Below are positions 35,086 to 44,674 of a DNA stretch of 64,000 nt, in pieces (position 1 is the first letter of the stretch; each line of letters opens with the position of its first letter). Origin of the DNA: Armatimonadota bacterium (GTDB taxonomy: Bacteria > Armatimonadota > UBA5829 > DSUL01); assembly GCA_039811685.1 (NCBI GenBank), contig JBDHZC010000001.1, positions 288,001 through 352,000 on the forward strand. Reading direction: 5' to 3'. Under the pieces are notes generated by a model, which worked only from the letters and a program-made list of their open reading frames with translations, had not been told where the DNA came from and did not search any database. The position numbers and the translations under genes were made by a program.

Positions 35086-37176
35086 ATGATACGTAGAGGC
35101 CTTTTGCGTGTCCTCAGATGGCCAAGCCCGCGTCTATTGAGCCTGTGGGCGCTGCTGGCTGTGATAGCGTCCGTGTCTTTGGCGAGTAGCGGGCTGACCC
35201 AGGAGATTGCTACTGACTCCGACCATTTTGAGCAGACTGTTCAACAGGCTATCAGCAGAGTCAAACCAGCGCTCATCCGCATTATGGTGGTAGAGGCTAA
35301 CTACGATGAGGGCAGGGAGAGCAAGGACGAAGCAGCCGGCAGTGGCGTCGTGATTTCCCCGGAAGGCTATGCCGTTACAAATCATCACGTCGCGGGCGAG
35401 GCAAAAAGCATGGTCGTCACGCTCTCCACAAAGGAGGAACTGGACGCGACGCTTGTTGGCACAGACCCACTCTCCGACATTGCGGTAATCAAGCTCAAGG
35501 GCGCTCCCGGCCGCAAGTTCGCGACGGCAGAGTTCGCGGATTCCTCGAGCGTGCGCGTTGGGGACAGGGTGCTGGCAATGGGCAGTCCCTTCGCCCTGTC
35601 GCAGTCTGTGACAACAGGGATGGTCAGCAATGTGGAGATGATCATGCCGGAGTTTATGTGGCCCTTCAACAAACTGGAGTTGAGTGGTGAGGACGTGGGG
35701 TCCATGGTGCGCTGGATCGGACACGACGCTCTGATAGCCGGTGGCAACTCAGGAGGCCCTCTGGTCAATCTTCAGGGTCAAATCATTGGCATCAACGAGA
35801 TTGACTTTGCGTTGAGTGGAGCCATTCCGTCAAACATAGTCCGGGATGTCGCCGAGCAGATAATCAAGAACGGTCACGTAGTAAGAAGCTGGCTTGGAAT
35901 TGACATACAGCCGCTCCTAAAATCTTCAACTCTGACAGTGGGAGCGCTGGTTGGCGGTATAGTGGCGGACAGTCCCGCCAGTAAAGCCGGGCTGAAGTCC
36001 GGAGACATCATTAAGCAGATCAACGGAAAGCCTGTTACTGTGCGTTTCGGTGAGGACGTGCCAATTTTCAACCAGACGATTGCTGCGCTACCCGTCAATC
36101 AGCCTGTCGAAATCCTTGTCAGCCGCAATGGTAAGGATATAACAGTCAGACCAACGACTGTGGAGCGGGAAGAAGCCGAGCCAAAAGAACGCGAACTGAA
36201 AGCCTGGGGTATCACGGTGCGCAATATATCGTCCCCTATTGCCCGTGATCTAGGGCGGGACAAGATGTCTGGCGCAATGGTAACAGGCGTAACCACAAGC
36301 GGTCCAGCGGCAGATGCCAAGCCTCCGATCCAGGACAAAGACGTTATCGTGAAAGTTGGCGGGCGACCGATCAAGAGCGTCGCGGAGCTTGTCAAGGTTA
36401 CCAGCGACGTTATTGGCAAGAGCAAGGAACGTGTGCCCGCGCTTGTAGAGTTCGATAGAAAGACGGAGCGCTACGTCACTGTAGTGAGATTGGGGATAGA
36501 TCCGCTGCGCGATCCAGGTTTGGAAGCGGCCAAAGCGTGGGTTCCGATTGGAACTCAAGTTCTGACTTCGGACGTGGCGCAGGCTCTCGGCATTGCAGAG
36601 ACCCAGGGCGTGCGCGTGACAGAAGTCTATCCAAACCATTCTGCCGCCAAAGCGGGGCTCAAGGTAGGCGATATCATTACAAAACTCGACGGAGAGCAGA
36701 TTGAGGCTTCACAGCCGCAGGATTTCGAAGTGTTCCCGGCAATGGTGCGCGAAAAGACAATTGGCGATATGGCCAGATTGTCGGTATTGCGTGAGAAGAA
36801 ACCGATGACTATCGAAGTGGAGCTCGAGCCATCACCAAAGCTCCCAAGAGAAATGAAGCGCTACAGGAGTGAAGCCTTTGAGTTCACAGCCCGGAATGCA
36901 ACCTTCTCGGACAAAGACCGCCGTAGATCAACTGGCGCCACGGCCGGTGTCGTGGTCGAGAGCGTGGACGCAGGCGGGTGGGCTGCCGTAGGGCGCCTCG
37001 CTGTGGGAGACAAAATCGTATCTGTGCAGCATATCCCTGTTGAAAACGTCCAGCAGCTCTCCGAGGAGATGGACAAAGTTCGACAGCAAGAACCCAGATA
37101 TGTCGTATTCCAGGTCAAAAGAGGCAACACCGAGCTCTTCGTAGAGATTCAACCTGACTGGACAGTCAAGCAATAG
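35086..37176 (+). CDS. HtrA/DegP-like serine protease with four PDZ domains
   Basis: Triad TNHHV, SDIAV and GGNSGGPL, followed by four PDZ-like segments. The start was chosen at the signal-peptide Met; the ORF is open from 34885. Confidence 0.85.
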   Translation: MIRRGLLRVLRWPSPRLLSLWALLAVIASVSLASSGLTQEIATDSDHFEQTVQQAISRVKPALIRIMVVEANYDEGRESKDEAAGSGVVISPEGYAVTNHHVAGEAKSMVVTLSTKEELDATLVGTDPLSDIAVIKLKGAPGRKFATAEFADSSSVRVGDRVLAMGSPFALSQSVTTGMVSNVEMIMPEFMWPFNKLELSGEDVGSMVRWIGHDALIAGGNSGGPLVNLQGQIIGINEIDFALSGAIPSNIVRDVAEQIIKNGHVVRSWLGIDIQPLLKSSTLTVGALVGGIVADSPASKAGLKSGDIIKQINGKPVTVRFGEDVPIFNQTIAALPVNQPVEILVSRNGKDITVRPTTVEREEAEPKERELKAWGITVRNISSPIARDLGRDKMSGAMVTGVTTSGPAADAKPPIQDKDVIVKVGGRPIKSVAELVKVTSDVIGKSKERVPALVEFDRKTERYVTVVRLGIDPLRDPGLEAAKAWVPIGTQVLTSDVAQALGIAETQGVRVTEVYPNHSAAKAGLKVGDIITKLDGEQIEASQPQDFEVFPAMVREKTIGDMARLSVLREKKPMTIEVELEPSPKLPREMKRYRSEAFEFTARNATFSDKDRRRSTGATAGVVVESVDAGGWAAVGRLAVGDKIVSVQHIPVENVQQLSEEMDKVRQQEPRYVVFQVKRGNTELFVEIQPDWTVKQ

Positions 37177-37226
37177 CAAGCCAAACCTGTCCTGGCGCAT
37201 TTGTCCGGCCAGGCTATGGAGATTTT

Positions 37227-38081
37227 ATGAAAACCAGCGTAATAAGCACAGCCACCCTTGCCATCGCTCTATTGGCATCGAGCCGGGCGCCGGCCGATCT
37301 CTCTGCAGATCAGGCCAGGGATATCCTGAACAAAGTCGCTCCCGCGGTGGTTTCAGTGCGAACGGCCACAAAAACGACGATGGCCATGGAAGGCCGGCAG
37401 GCTGACAAAATAGATCAAGAGAGTGAATCGACCGGATGCGTAGTGAGTCCGGACGGGTTGACGGCGGTAAGCCTGACCGGCATTGACCCGTACTCTTCCT
37501 ACGGAGATATGTTCGCCTCAATGGGAGACGATTTCCGCGTCGATGTGCAGTCGGAGATATCAGATATTAAGCTACGATTCAACAACGGTACGGAAGTGCC
37601 GGCTGAAGTTGTCATTCGGGATAAAGACCTGGATATCGCCTTTGTGCGCCCGAAGAAGAAGCTTGCGGCGCCAGTCCCGTTTGTAGATCTCAGTGCGTCC
37701 GGTGATGCCGAAATATTGGATTCTACACTGGTTGTGACGCGCTTCGGCAAACAGAACCGGTGGGAGACAATGGCCAGCGTTGCGCGGATCCGGGCAGTTT
37801 TCACAAAGCCACGTAGGATGTTCTTGCTACAGGAGATGGGCGATCGGGCACAGGAGTCTCTCGGGTCGCTGGCGATGTCTCAGGAAGGCAAAACTCTCGG
37901 CGTAATTCTGCTCCGGAGACTGCCAGCTATGGGTAAGAACCGGCCAAACGCTTTTCTCATCGTCCTGCCGGCAAAGGATGTGATGACGGTGGCAAAGCAG
38001 GTGGAGCCATCTGCGTCATCCACCGGGATGTCGCCAGGGCAAAAGTCCACTGCCAAACCGGCAACTGCTTCTAAGAATTGA
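37227..38081 (+). CDS. Secreted trypsin-fold protein lacking catalytic His/Ser (pseudoprotease)
   Basis: VAPAVVSV, TGCVVSPDGL and DKDLDIAF align with HtrA, but TNHHV becomes VSLTG and GNSGG becomes ESLGS. Confidence 0.65.
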   Translation: MKTSVISTATLAIALLASSRAPADLSADQARDILNKVAPAVVSVRTATKTTMAMEGRQADKIDQESESTGCVVSPDGLTAVSLTGIDPYSSYGDMFASMGDDFRVDVQSEISDIKLRFNNGTEVPAEVVIRDKDLDIAFVRPKKKLAAPVPFVDLSASGDAEILDSTLVVTRFGKQNRWETMASVARIRAVFTKPRRMFLLQEMGDRAQESLGSLAMSQEGKTLGVILLRRLPAMGKNRPNAFLIVLPAKDVMTVAKQVEPSASSTGMSPGQKSTAKPATASKN

Positions 38082-39997
38082 TCTACCAGACTTTGCTTCT
38101 GGTGATAGGCTTGCTGATACTTATGAGTATTTCCTCACCTTCTGACGCCTCAGTTGACCAAGCGCATGATGCGAAAGACTCAAGCGTGCTGTCCACACGG
38201 AAGAGTCCGCATGCGCGCATTCACCCTGTACCCATCAGCTCCGTCCGGATGATGGCCGGTTTCTGGAAGCCCTGGATGGAAGCTAACAGAACGAAGGGAC
38301 TGCCGGCGCTACTGGAACAGCTTGAGCAGCATGGAGTTGTGGACAATTTTCGCCGGATGTCTGGCCGTAAGGCTGTGGAGCGCAAGGGACCTTACTTCAG
38401 CGATTCCGATCTGTACAAGTGGATGGAGGGCGCCGCCTGGGCGGTGGCTTCGGATGAAGATGCAGCGCTCGAATCCAAACTGGACGCAGTTATTGACGAT
38501 GTCGCTGCAGCTCAGCGTCCAGACGGTTATCTTAATACCTTCTTTGTGGACGATATAGAGGGTCAGCGTTTTCGTAACCTCAGTACTGAGCACGAGCTGT
38601 ACTGCGCTGGCCATTTATTCCAGGCGGCCATCGCTCATTATCGCGCAACTGGAAAAGCTGCGCTGCTCAAAGTGGCTGAACGCTTTGCGGATTACCTCGT
38701 TGATCACTTCGGCCCGGGAAAGATTGAGCAGGTTGACGGGCATCCTGAAGTTGAGATGGCGCTCATCGAGTTGTATAGAACGACTGGCAGGAGAAGCTAT
38801 CTGGAACTGGCAGGGTTCATGATCAGCGCTCAGCATTTTGCGCTGCGCCAGCAGATCGGTGGGCACGCTGTCCGGGAAGGATACATCGCCGCTGGCGCCG
38901 CTGACTACTTCGCAGAGACTGGAGACGAGGCTCTGCACAGGGCTCTGGATGTCGTTTGGCACGATATGTCTTCAGGCAAGGTGTACATAACAGGCGGTCT
39001 GGGATCCCGTCACGGCGGAGAGGCAGTTGGCAACGCCTATGAGCTGCCCAATGAACGCGCTTACGCTGAGACCTGTGCCGCCATCTCTAACGCCATGTGG
39101 AACTTTCGCATGCTGGGAATTACTGGCGATGGGCGTTACGCCGACATGATGGAGCGAGCTCTCTACAACGGCTTTCTGTCAGGCGTGTCGCTCGATACAG
39201 CGCACTGGTTTTATGTCAACCCGCTGGCCTGCTGGGAAAGCTATCAGCGCTCAGCGTGGTTTGGATGCACGTGCTGTCCGACAAACGCCGTGCGAATGCT
39301 GGCTTCTATTCCCGGTTATCTCTACGGCACAAGCGATGACGGAATCTGGGTTCACCTGTATGAAGACTCGCAGCTGGAGTGGTGTCTGTCTGATGGCGTC
39401 AAGGTATTACTCACCCAGGAGACGCACTATCCGTGGGAAGGAAAAGTCAGGCTGACAGTCAACCCTGAGCGTGACACTGAATTTTCCATTCATCTCAGGG
39501 CGCCTGCGTGGTGCTCGAAGCTGTCAGTGGCTGTGTGCGGAGAAAAGCTGTCCTCTGAAATTACCAACGGCTACATTACCATCTCGCGCAAGTGGAAGCG
39601 AGGAGACAACGTCGAGCTGACCATGGAGATGCCTGTAGAGCTGATGGAGTCAGACCGGCGCGTGGCGGAAAACCGCGCTTCTGCTGCATTGCAGCGTGGG
39701 CCGCTGGTTTATTGTCTTGAGAGTACGGACAATCCGGGCTTGTCTTTGCGTGGCGTCCAAATCAGCCGAACGGCAAAGTTCGAGCCTCGCTCCGGGCCAG
39801 AATTGCTGGGTGGAGTCACTGTGCTGGCCGGTGTTGGTACGGAGACACCTTTTGAGGAGGGCGCGCCACTGTACCGCCCTCTGGGAAGTCTGAAGTCTCC
39901 TGAAGCGACACAGGCGCAGTTGACAGCTATTCCGTACTACGCCTGGGCCAATCGCGGAATCTCACAGATGGAAGTGTGGATTCCGCTGGCCGACTGA
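38078..39997 (+). CDS. GH127 beta-L-arabinofuranosidase family protein
   Basis: DSDLYKWME, HELYCAGHL, GHPEVEMAL, GHAVR, YAETCA, CCPTN and IPYYAWANRG. Confidence 0.92.
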   Translation: MIYQTLLLVIGLLILMSISSPSDASVDQAHDAKDSSVLSTRKSPHARIHPVPISSVRMMAGFWKPWMEANRTKGLPALLEQLEQHGVVDNFRRMSGRKAVERKGPYFSDSDLYKWMEGAAWAVASDEDAALESKLDAVIDDVAAAQRPDGYLNTFFVDDIEGQRFRNLSTEHELYCAGHLFQAAIAHYRATGKAALLKVAERFADYLVDHFGPGKIEQVDGHPEVEMALIELYRTTGRRSYLELAGFMISAQHFALRQQIGGHAVREGYIAAGAADYFAETGDEALHRALDVVWHDMSSGKVYITGGLGSRHGGEAVGNAYELPNERAYAETCAAISNAMWNFRMLGITGDGRYADMMERALYNGFLSGVSLDTAHWFYVNPLACWESYQRSAWFGCTCCPTNAVRMLASIPGYLYGTSDDGIWVHLYEDSQLEWCLSDGVKVLLTQETHYPWEGKVRLTVNPERDTEFSIHLRAPAWCSKLSVAVCGEKLSSEITNGYITISRKWKRGDNVELTMEMPVELMESDRRVAENRASAALQRGPLVYCLESTDNPGLSLRGVQISRTAKFEPRSGPELLGGVTVLAGVGTETPFEEGAPLYRPLGSLKSPEATQAQLTAIPYYAWANRGISQMEVWIPLAD

Positions 39998-40019
39998 GAG
40001 CCCATCATAACCAAGAGAG

Positions 40020-41396
40020 TCAGGGCGCCTGAGCAGCCGCCTTGTCAGAGGCATAAAACTGCTTAGCGATGTCTGAGATTCTGGCTTCGCTCGTATTGCC
40101 TCTGTGTACAAGCACGCGATAGGCTAACGTTAGAGACTGCCCTTTCTTAAGCGTGTAGGAGCCATTTTCTGCGCTGTTGCCCGTGAACTCTTTGGCCCCA
40201 AAAGGATTTGCTGCGAACAGACCGTATTCCCGCGCATGCCAGTAGGTCGGAAAGCGGAAGTTGGTCGGATATTCGAGAATCGCGACACCTTCATTGCGTC
40301 CGCCGTTTGGTATGGCCACACCATTTGGCGCTGTCGTGGGAGTCACTCCGTAGTAATCAACCCAGGCAGCGCGCTTGCCCCACGCCTCTTTATCTTTGGA
40401 GCCTTCAGAGGTCTCGATGTGTCCAGAGCCGCCCTTGATTGTCATCCACTTGGGCACACGGATAGCGAAGGTCCCTTCCTTTGTATCTCCGAATGTGACG
40501 TCACCCTCGCTGGCTTTCAGCGTGACAAAGTAGTCAATCACGCGCGGGTTGTCGATATCCCAGAAAAGAATCGTGCGCTCATCTTGGAGAATGATCTTAC
40601 CGCCCGGAGCCTCCCAGTTGTTTTGTGAGGAGATCTTCAGAACATGCGGCGATTGCTCTCGAGAGAGCTTCGTCTCCCGGATTTTGCCTTTGTCGTCACC
40701 TTCGGCCCAGAAGTCAATTCCGTTGACGCTGCCGTGCGCAAACCACAGTCCCTTCTGATGTGGATGGTCCTGATCTTCACCCGGGATGTCCATCATCGGC
40801 CAGTTGCGTACGACATTGACGTAGTCCGGTCCAAAAATCGGCCAGACGAACGGCTTGTCTACAGCCGTGGAGTTGTAGCGGCCAAAGTACTTTCCATCCA
40901 GCATAGCCGTAATGTCAGCCTGTCCCGGTCCGAAGGCGAGCTTTTGTGGCTGCGGCGCATCTGAGGCTGGTTTGAAGCTGACGGTATATTCTTGCTTCTT
41001 ACCTGTCTCTACTCGAGGCAGGAGAGCGGCGACGTAGCTACGGCTACCAGCTGTAAAGCCAATTCCCCACTCGCTGCCTGTATCTGACCGCAATTGAGGC
41101 AACGCTTCGGCCTGTACCAGAGGAACCTGAAAGACAGCCGGCCACTCCTGTAAGTCCTGCGCGCCGGCAAGTGACACCACAGCAGGAGGCAGGACCTTCG
41201 GCTTCTGTTTAACTGTCGCAGGTGAAGGTGTGGGAGCAGGTTTCTGCGTCGGCTTTGCTGCAGGCTTCTTCGCTGGAGTTTTGGCGGTTGGCCTCGGTAC
41301 GGAGGCGGTCTTCGCGGCGCTCACCCCAGAGACTGGACAAATAACTGACAAGCCGAAACAGAGCGCAACGCCACCTAAAGAGAGAGTACGCGTCAT
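40020..41396 (-). CDS. Secreted DUF6807 ('PmoA family', PF14100-like) protein
   Basis: KPFVWP, DHPHQKGLWF, FGDTKEG and PTYWHAREYGLFAANPFG, with a Pro/Lys-rich linker after the signal peptide. Confidence 0.75.
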   Translation of the reverse strand: MTRTLSLGGVALCFGLSVICPVSGVSAAKTASVPRPTAKTPAKKPAAKPTQKPAPTPSPATVKQKPKVLPPAVVSLAGAQDLQEWPAVFQVPLVQAEALPQLRSDTGSEWGIGFTAGSRSYVAALLPRVETGKKQEYTVSFKPASDAPQPQKLAFGPGQADITAMLDGKYFGRYNSTAVDKPFVWPIFGPDYVNVVRNWPMMDIPGEDQDHPHQKGLWFAHGSVNGIDFWAEGDDKGKIRETKLSREQSPHVLKISSQNNWEAPGGKIILQDERTILFWDIDNPRVIDYFVTLKASEGDVTFGDTKEGTFAIRVPKWMTIKGGSGHIETSEGSKDKEAWGKRAAWVDYYGVTPTTAPNGVAIPNGGRNEGVAILEYPTNFRFPTYWHAREYGLFAANPFGAKEFTGNSAENGSYTLKKGQSLTLAYRVLVHRGNTSEARISDIAKQFYASDKAAAQAP

Positions 41397-41510
41397 TGAA
41401 CTGCTGGATTCCTTTCCGCTTGGATCAGCCTGATTAGCGCTACGGCATCAAGAGCAGGCTAATCCGGTAGGATTGTTCCACTATCAAACAGCTTCGCTGT
41501 ATCTGAGATA

Positions 41511-42797
41511 TCAGTACACAAACATGTCCGGAGTAATCGCGACTTTCGTACCCTTCTCTGCTGCTTCGTTGGCTTTGATGGAGGCGACACACGCCTGCAA
41601 TGCGGTGTCGCGATTACACTTCGGCTGTTTTCCGGTGCGCACGCTGTCAAAAAACTCAACAAGTTCCACGTAGTAGTCGCTCTTCTTGGCCTTGTTCGCA
41701 CCCGTCAAACTCTCACCCGCCGCCTGAGCCTCTTCTTTGCGCGTCGCCTGCGCATCGAGAATGATAGCCTCTTTGCCCTTGGACGTGTCTTTCGCGGCAA
41801 GCGGAGCCCAGACGATGTCGGGAGCTTTGGCTTCTGGATACAGTAACGCCTTCTCAGGCTGGATAATCAACGTACCTTCATCGCCCATAAACTCTTCGCT
41901 GTAGGAATCGTAGGCGTTAGTCGTGATGGATGTGTACGTGCAGCGCACACCGTTCGGATATTCGTAAATTACGCTGATGTTATCGTAGGTGGTGCGCCCG
42001 TCTTTCCAGTAATCAATGCCGCCACTGGCCATGACAGAAGTCGGCGGAGACTGAAGGAACCAGTTGGCTATGTCCATCTGATGGCTGCCGAGCTCCGCCA
42101 TCAAACCGTGCGAAAACTCCTTGTACATTCGCCAGTTCAGCAGTTTTTCGTACTTGGCGTCGGGAATATCCCGGCGCCAGCTTCCATTCCTGTGCCATTG
42201 GGCCCGGACCTGAGTAATTCTGCCCAGGACGTTCTCTTTGGTGATTGCGTCGAAAGCTCTGCCGTAGTTTTCATTGACGCGCCGCTGGTGCCCGAGCTGA
42301 AGTATCTTCTTTTCGTCGCGTGAAGTTCGCGCCATGTCCTTGGCTTGGTCAATGGAGTAGGCCATCATCTTCTCGCAAAAAACATGCTTTCCAGCCTTCA
42401 GCGCGGCTATGGTGATCGGTGCGTGTAGATACAGAGGTGTGGCAATGATTACCGCCTGAATGTCTTTGCGGTCCAGCAGCCTTCTATAGTCGTCGTAGCC
42501 TTCAGCTCCCTTGGCCACGACTTTGGACTTCTCCAGATGAGGTGGATAAATGTCGCACGTGGCGACCATCTGCACACCAGGGACAGCAACCGCATGGCCC
42601 AGCAGCAGGGTACCCTGACTGCCTGTCCCGATGATGCCAGCTTTGATAGGCTCCGCATTCGACGGGCTGGTGGCGACACTGGCATTTTCTGCGAGCACAG
42701 ATCCGGCCACTCCTGCCGTCAATACGGCCGCAGCAGAGCTTTTCAGAAAGTCTCTGCGTGTTATACCAACCCCATTGTCCTGTTTTGAACTTTTCAT
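41511..42797 (-). CDS. Tat-exported Gfo/Idh/MocA family oxidoreductase
   Basis: TRRDFLK, GIIGTGSQG, KHVFCEK, NWRMY and GLMAELGSHQMD. Confidence 0.9.
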   Translation of the reverse strand: MKSSKQDNGVGITRRDFLKSSAAAVLTAGVAGSVLAENASVATSPSNAEPIKAGIIGTGSQGTLLLGHAVAVPGVQMVATCDIYPPHLEKSKVVAKGAEGYDDYRRLLDRKDIQAVIIATPLYLHAPITIAALKAGKHVFCEKMMAYSIDQAKDMARTSRDEKKILQLGHQRRVNENYGRAFDAITKENVLGRITQVRAQWHRNGSWRRDIPDAKYEKLLNWRMYKEFSHGLMAELGSHQMDIANWFLQSPPTSVMASGGIDYWKDGRTTYDNISVIYEYPNGVRCTYTSITTNAYDSYSEEFMGDEGTLIIQPEKALLYPEAKAPDIVWAPLAAKDTSKGKEAIILDAQATRKEEAQAAGESLTGANKAKKSDYYVELVEFFDSVRTGKQPKCNRDTALQACVASIKANEAAEKGTKVAITPDMFVY

Positions 42798-42806
42798 TTG
42801 CTCCTC

Positions 42807-43727
42807 TTAGTCGCGTTTCTCTGAGCCTTCTTCGCTCACGACAAAAGCTCTTACCCCTGGCTCATCTGAGGTAATCTGCTCAAATTGTATCTCACCCAGC
42901 ACCATCGCCGCTGTTGAAAGCGCGTCGCTGGATGCCGCGCTCTCACACAAAACTGACGCCGACATCGCTGCCTGCGATGGCCAACCGGTACGCGGATCAA
43001 TCACGTGGCTATAGCGCTGGCCGTTCACCTGAAAATACTGTTCGTAGTCCCCTGAGGTGGAAAGCGAGCAGTCGCGCAGTTCAACAACCTGTCCTGAAGA
43101 CTGATCATCTCGCGGCGGCCGGATGCGAGCTTTCCATGCTTGAGACTCAGGGCCAAGGCCCAGTCCATAAATGCTACTGAGCCCGGAGTGAATCAGAGCT
43201 CCCTTTACTCCCCGCTGGCGAAGCGTTTCCACAATACAGTCTACCGCATGCCCTTTGCCAAAAGCTCCGAGATTGATTTCTACTCCCAGACTATCAAACG
43301 TAATGCTGGAATTCTCTGCGCTCAGAACTATGTGATCGCTACCCGTGAACTTCAAAACTCGATCGATCTCTTTCTGCGGTGGCATTTGCGGCTGTCCCTG
43401 GAAAAATCCCCACAGCTTGATAAGAGGTCCTGCCGTGATGTCAAAAGCGCCTTTCGTCCACTCGGATATTAGCTTCGCGCGCTCGATGAGCGCAAACAGA
43501 TCAGGAGCAACCTCCACCGGTCTAGCCGAAGCATGCGCATTTAGAAAAGATATCTCGCTGTCAGGTCTGTAAACGCTGAGGCGAGCTTCGAGAGAATCTA
43601 CGATATCAAATGCCGCTCCTGCCGCCGCCAGAAGATCAGCATCCGGAAGTCCCCAGCAGATGATCTCCCACCTGCACGCCATCGCGTGATGAGAGTAGCG
43701 CAACAGATTACCAGAAGAGAAGCTCAC
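42807..43727 (-). CDS. apbE: FAD:protein FMN transferase
   Basis: AMAC, GAFDITAGPL, INLGAFGKGHAVD, STSGDYEQ, HVIDPRTG and DALSTA. No signal peptide or lipobox is visible. Confidence 0.9.
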   Translation of the reverse strand: MSFSSGNLLRYSHHAMACRWEIICWGLPDADLLAAAGAAFDIVDSLEARLSVYRPDSEISFLNAHASARPVEVAPDLFALIERAKLISEWTKGAFDITAGPLIKLWGFFQGQPQMPPQKEIDRVLKFTGSDHIVLSAENSSITFDSLGVEINLGAFGKGHAVDCIVETLRQRGVKGALIHSGLSSIYGLGLGPESQAWKARIRPPRDDQSSGQVVELRDCSLSTSGDYEQYFQVNGQRYSHVIDPRTGWPSQAAMSASVLCESAASSDALSTAAMVLGEIQFEQITSDEPGVRAFVVSEEGSEKRD

Positions 43728-44539
43728 CGGATAGAGTCTGCGGATGATTTCTGCAACGTTGGCGGGAATGGAATGTCCTTTACGGCGCGCCCGGCAGCCC
43801 AGTACATAGCGCGTAGATTAATTCGCTGAAAATCCGGGTCGTTCCAGGTCTTGCTGTCGTGTCCAAGGACATTGACGAACACCCGGCCCTTTCCATACAT
43901 ACGGGTCCAAATTGCGGGATATTTTCCTTCCCGCAGAGCAAGTACGTGAAAGCTGTCTCCGGGATAGAACACATGCCCATAGTCTTCATCCACAACGCTC
44001 AGTTTTTTGATTCCTCGCGTGATAGGATTGGTTTTGTCTGTAATCAAAACGTCAAACGCGCGCTTCTTTCCGTGCCCGTCAAAGCGCCCCGCAACCAGAC
44101 TCCAGTAGTCGTCAGACGTCTTCCAGGTTGCCGTAGCTCCGTGAATGCCGACAAATCCACCGCCGCGTCTGACAAAGGACAGCAAACCGTCTTTCTGCTG
44201 TTGTGTGATCTCACCGCCCTGCGTGTAGAAAGCGACGATGTCAAAACCCCTGATTCGCTGCGCAATGAGGGCGTCGCGGTCCTGAGTAAGGGTGACTTCG
44301 AAATCCCCGCTTCCTTCCATCGGCTTGATCAGAATGGGCGGCAGGTTTACCCAGTCGTGAAACTCACCACCCGTGACAAACAGAACTCTGATCGGCTTCT
44401 TGGGCACTTCAGCGTTACCGTTTGATGGCAAAGATGTCGAGATTATCACAACGAAGCTCACAATCAGTATCGCCGATAACCGTAACCACTGAGGATTCTT
44501 TCTGAACGCTCGTCTGCTACAGTGTTTTGGAATAACCAC
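43724..44539 (-). CDS. ThuA domain-containing protein
   Basis: RVLFVTGG..HD, FVRRGGGFVGIHGA, YGKGRVFVNVLGHD and WAAG. Confidence 0.85.
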   Translation of the reverse strand: MVIPKHCSRRAFRKNPQWLRLSAILIVSFVVIISTSLPSNGNAEVPKKPIRVLFVTGGEFHDWVNLPPILIKPMEGSGDFEVTLTQDRDALIAQRIRGFDIVAFYTQGGEITQQQKDGLLSFVRRGGGFVGIHGATATWKTSDDYWSLVAGRFDGHGKKRAFDVLITDKTNPITRGIKKLSVVDEDYGHVFYPGDSFHVLALREGKYPAIWTRMYGKGRVFVNVLGHDSKTWNDPDFQRINLRAMYWAAGRAVKDIPFPPTLQKSSADSIR

Positions 44540-44558
44540 ACATGACCTCCATCACTGA

Positions 44559-44624
44559 GTTCTCGCGCTGCCTTCATTCTCCTGCACAGTTTGCTGGCAG
44601 GAAGGGCAGGGTGCTTCGACGTAT
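44559..44624. promoter_or_regulatory. Back-to-back SigH-like promoters
   Basis: Minus strand GCAGGA-N17-GAAC (44585-44559) faces the thuA-like gene. Plus strand GCAGGA-N18-GTAT (44597-44624) faces rhaB. Confidence 0.5.
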
Positions 44625-44674
44625 ATGCCACCAGAGGACGCCTTCACGGAGACTGCAGGCGTAGGCACTAAGCA

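Noticed and set aside
40020..41396. Methane monooxygenase (from the 'PmoA family' label)
   Set aside because: This is a soluble secreted beta-rich protein in a sugar operon with no pmoB or pmoC. The family name is a known misnomer.
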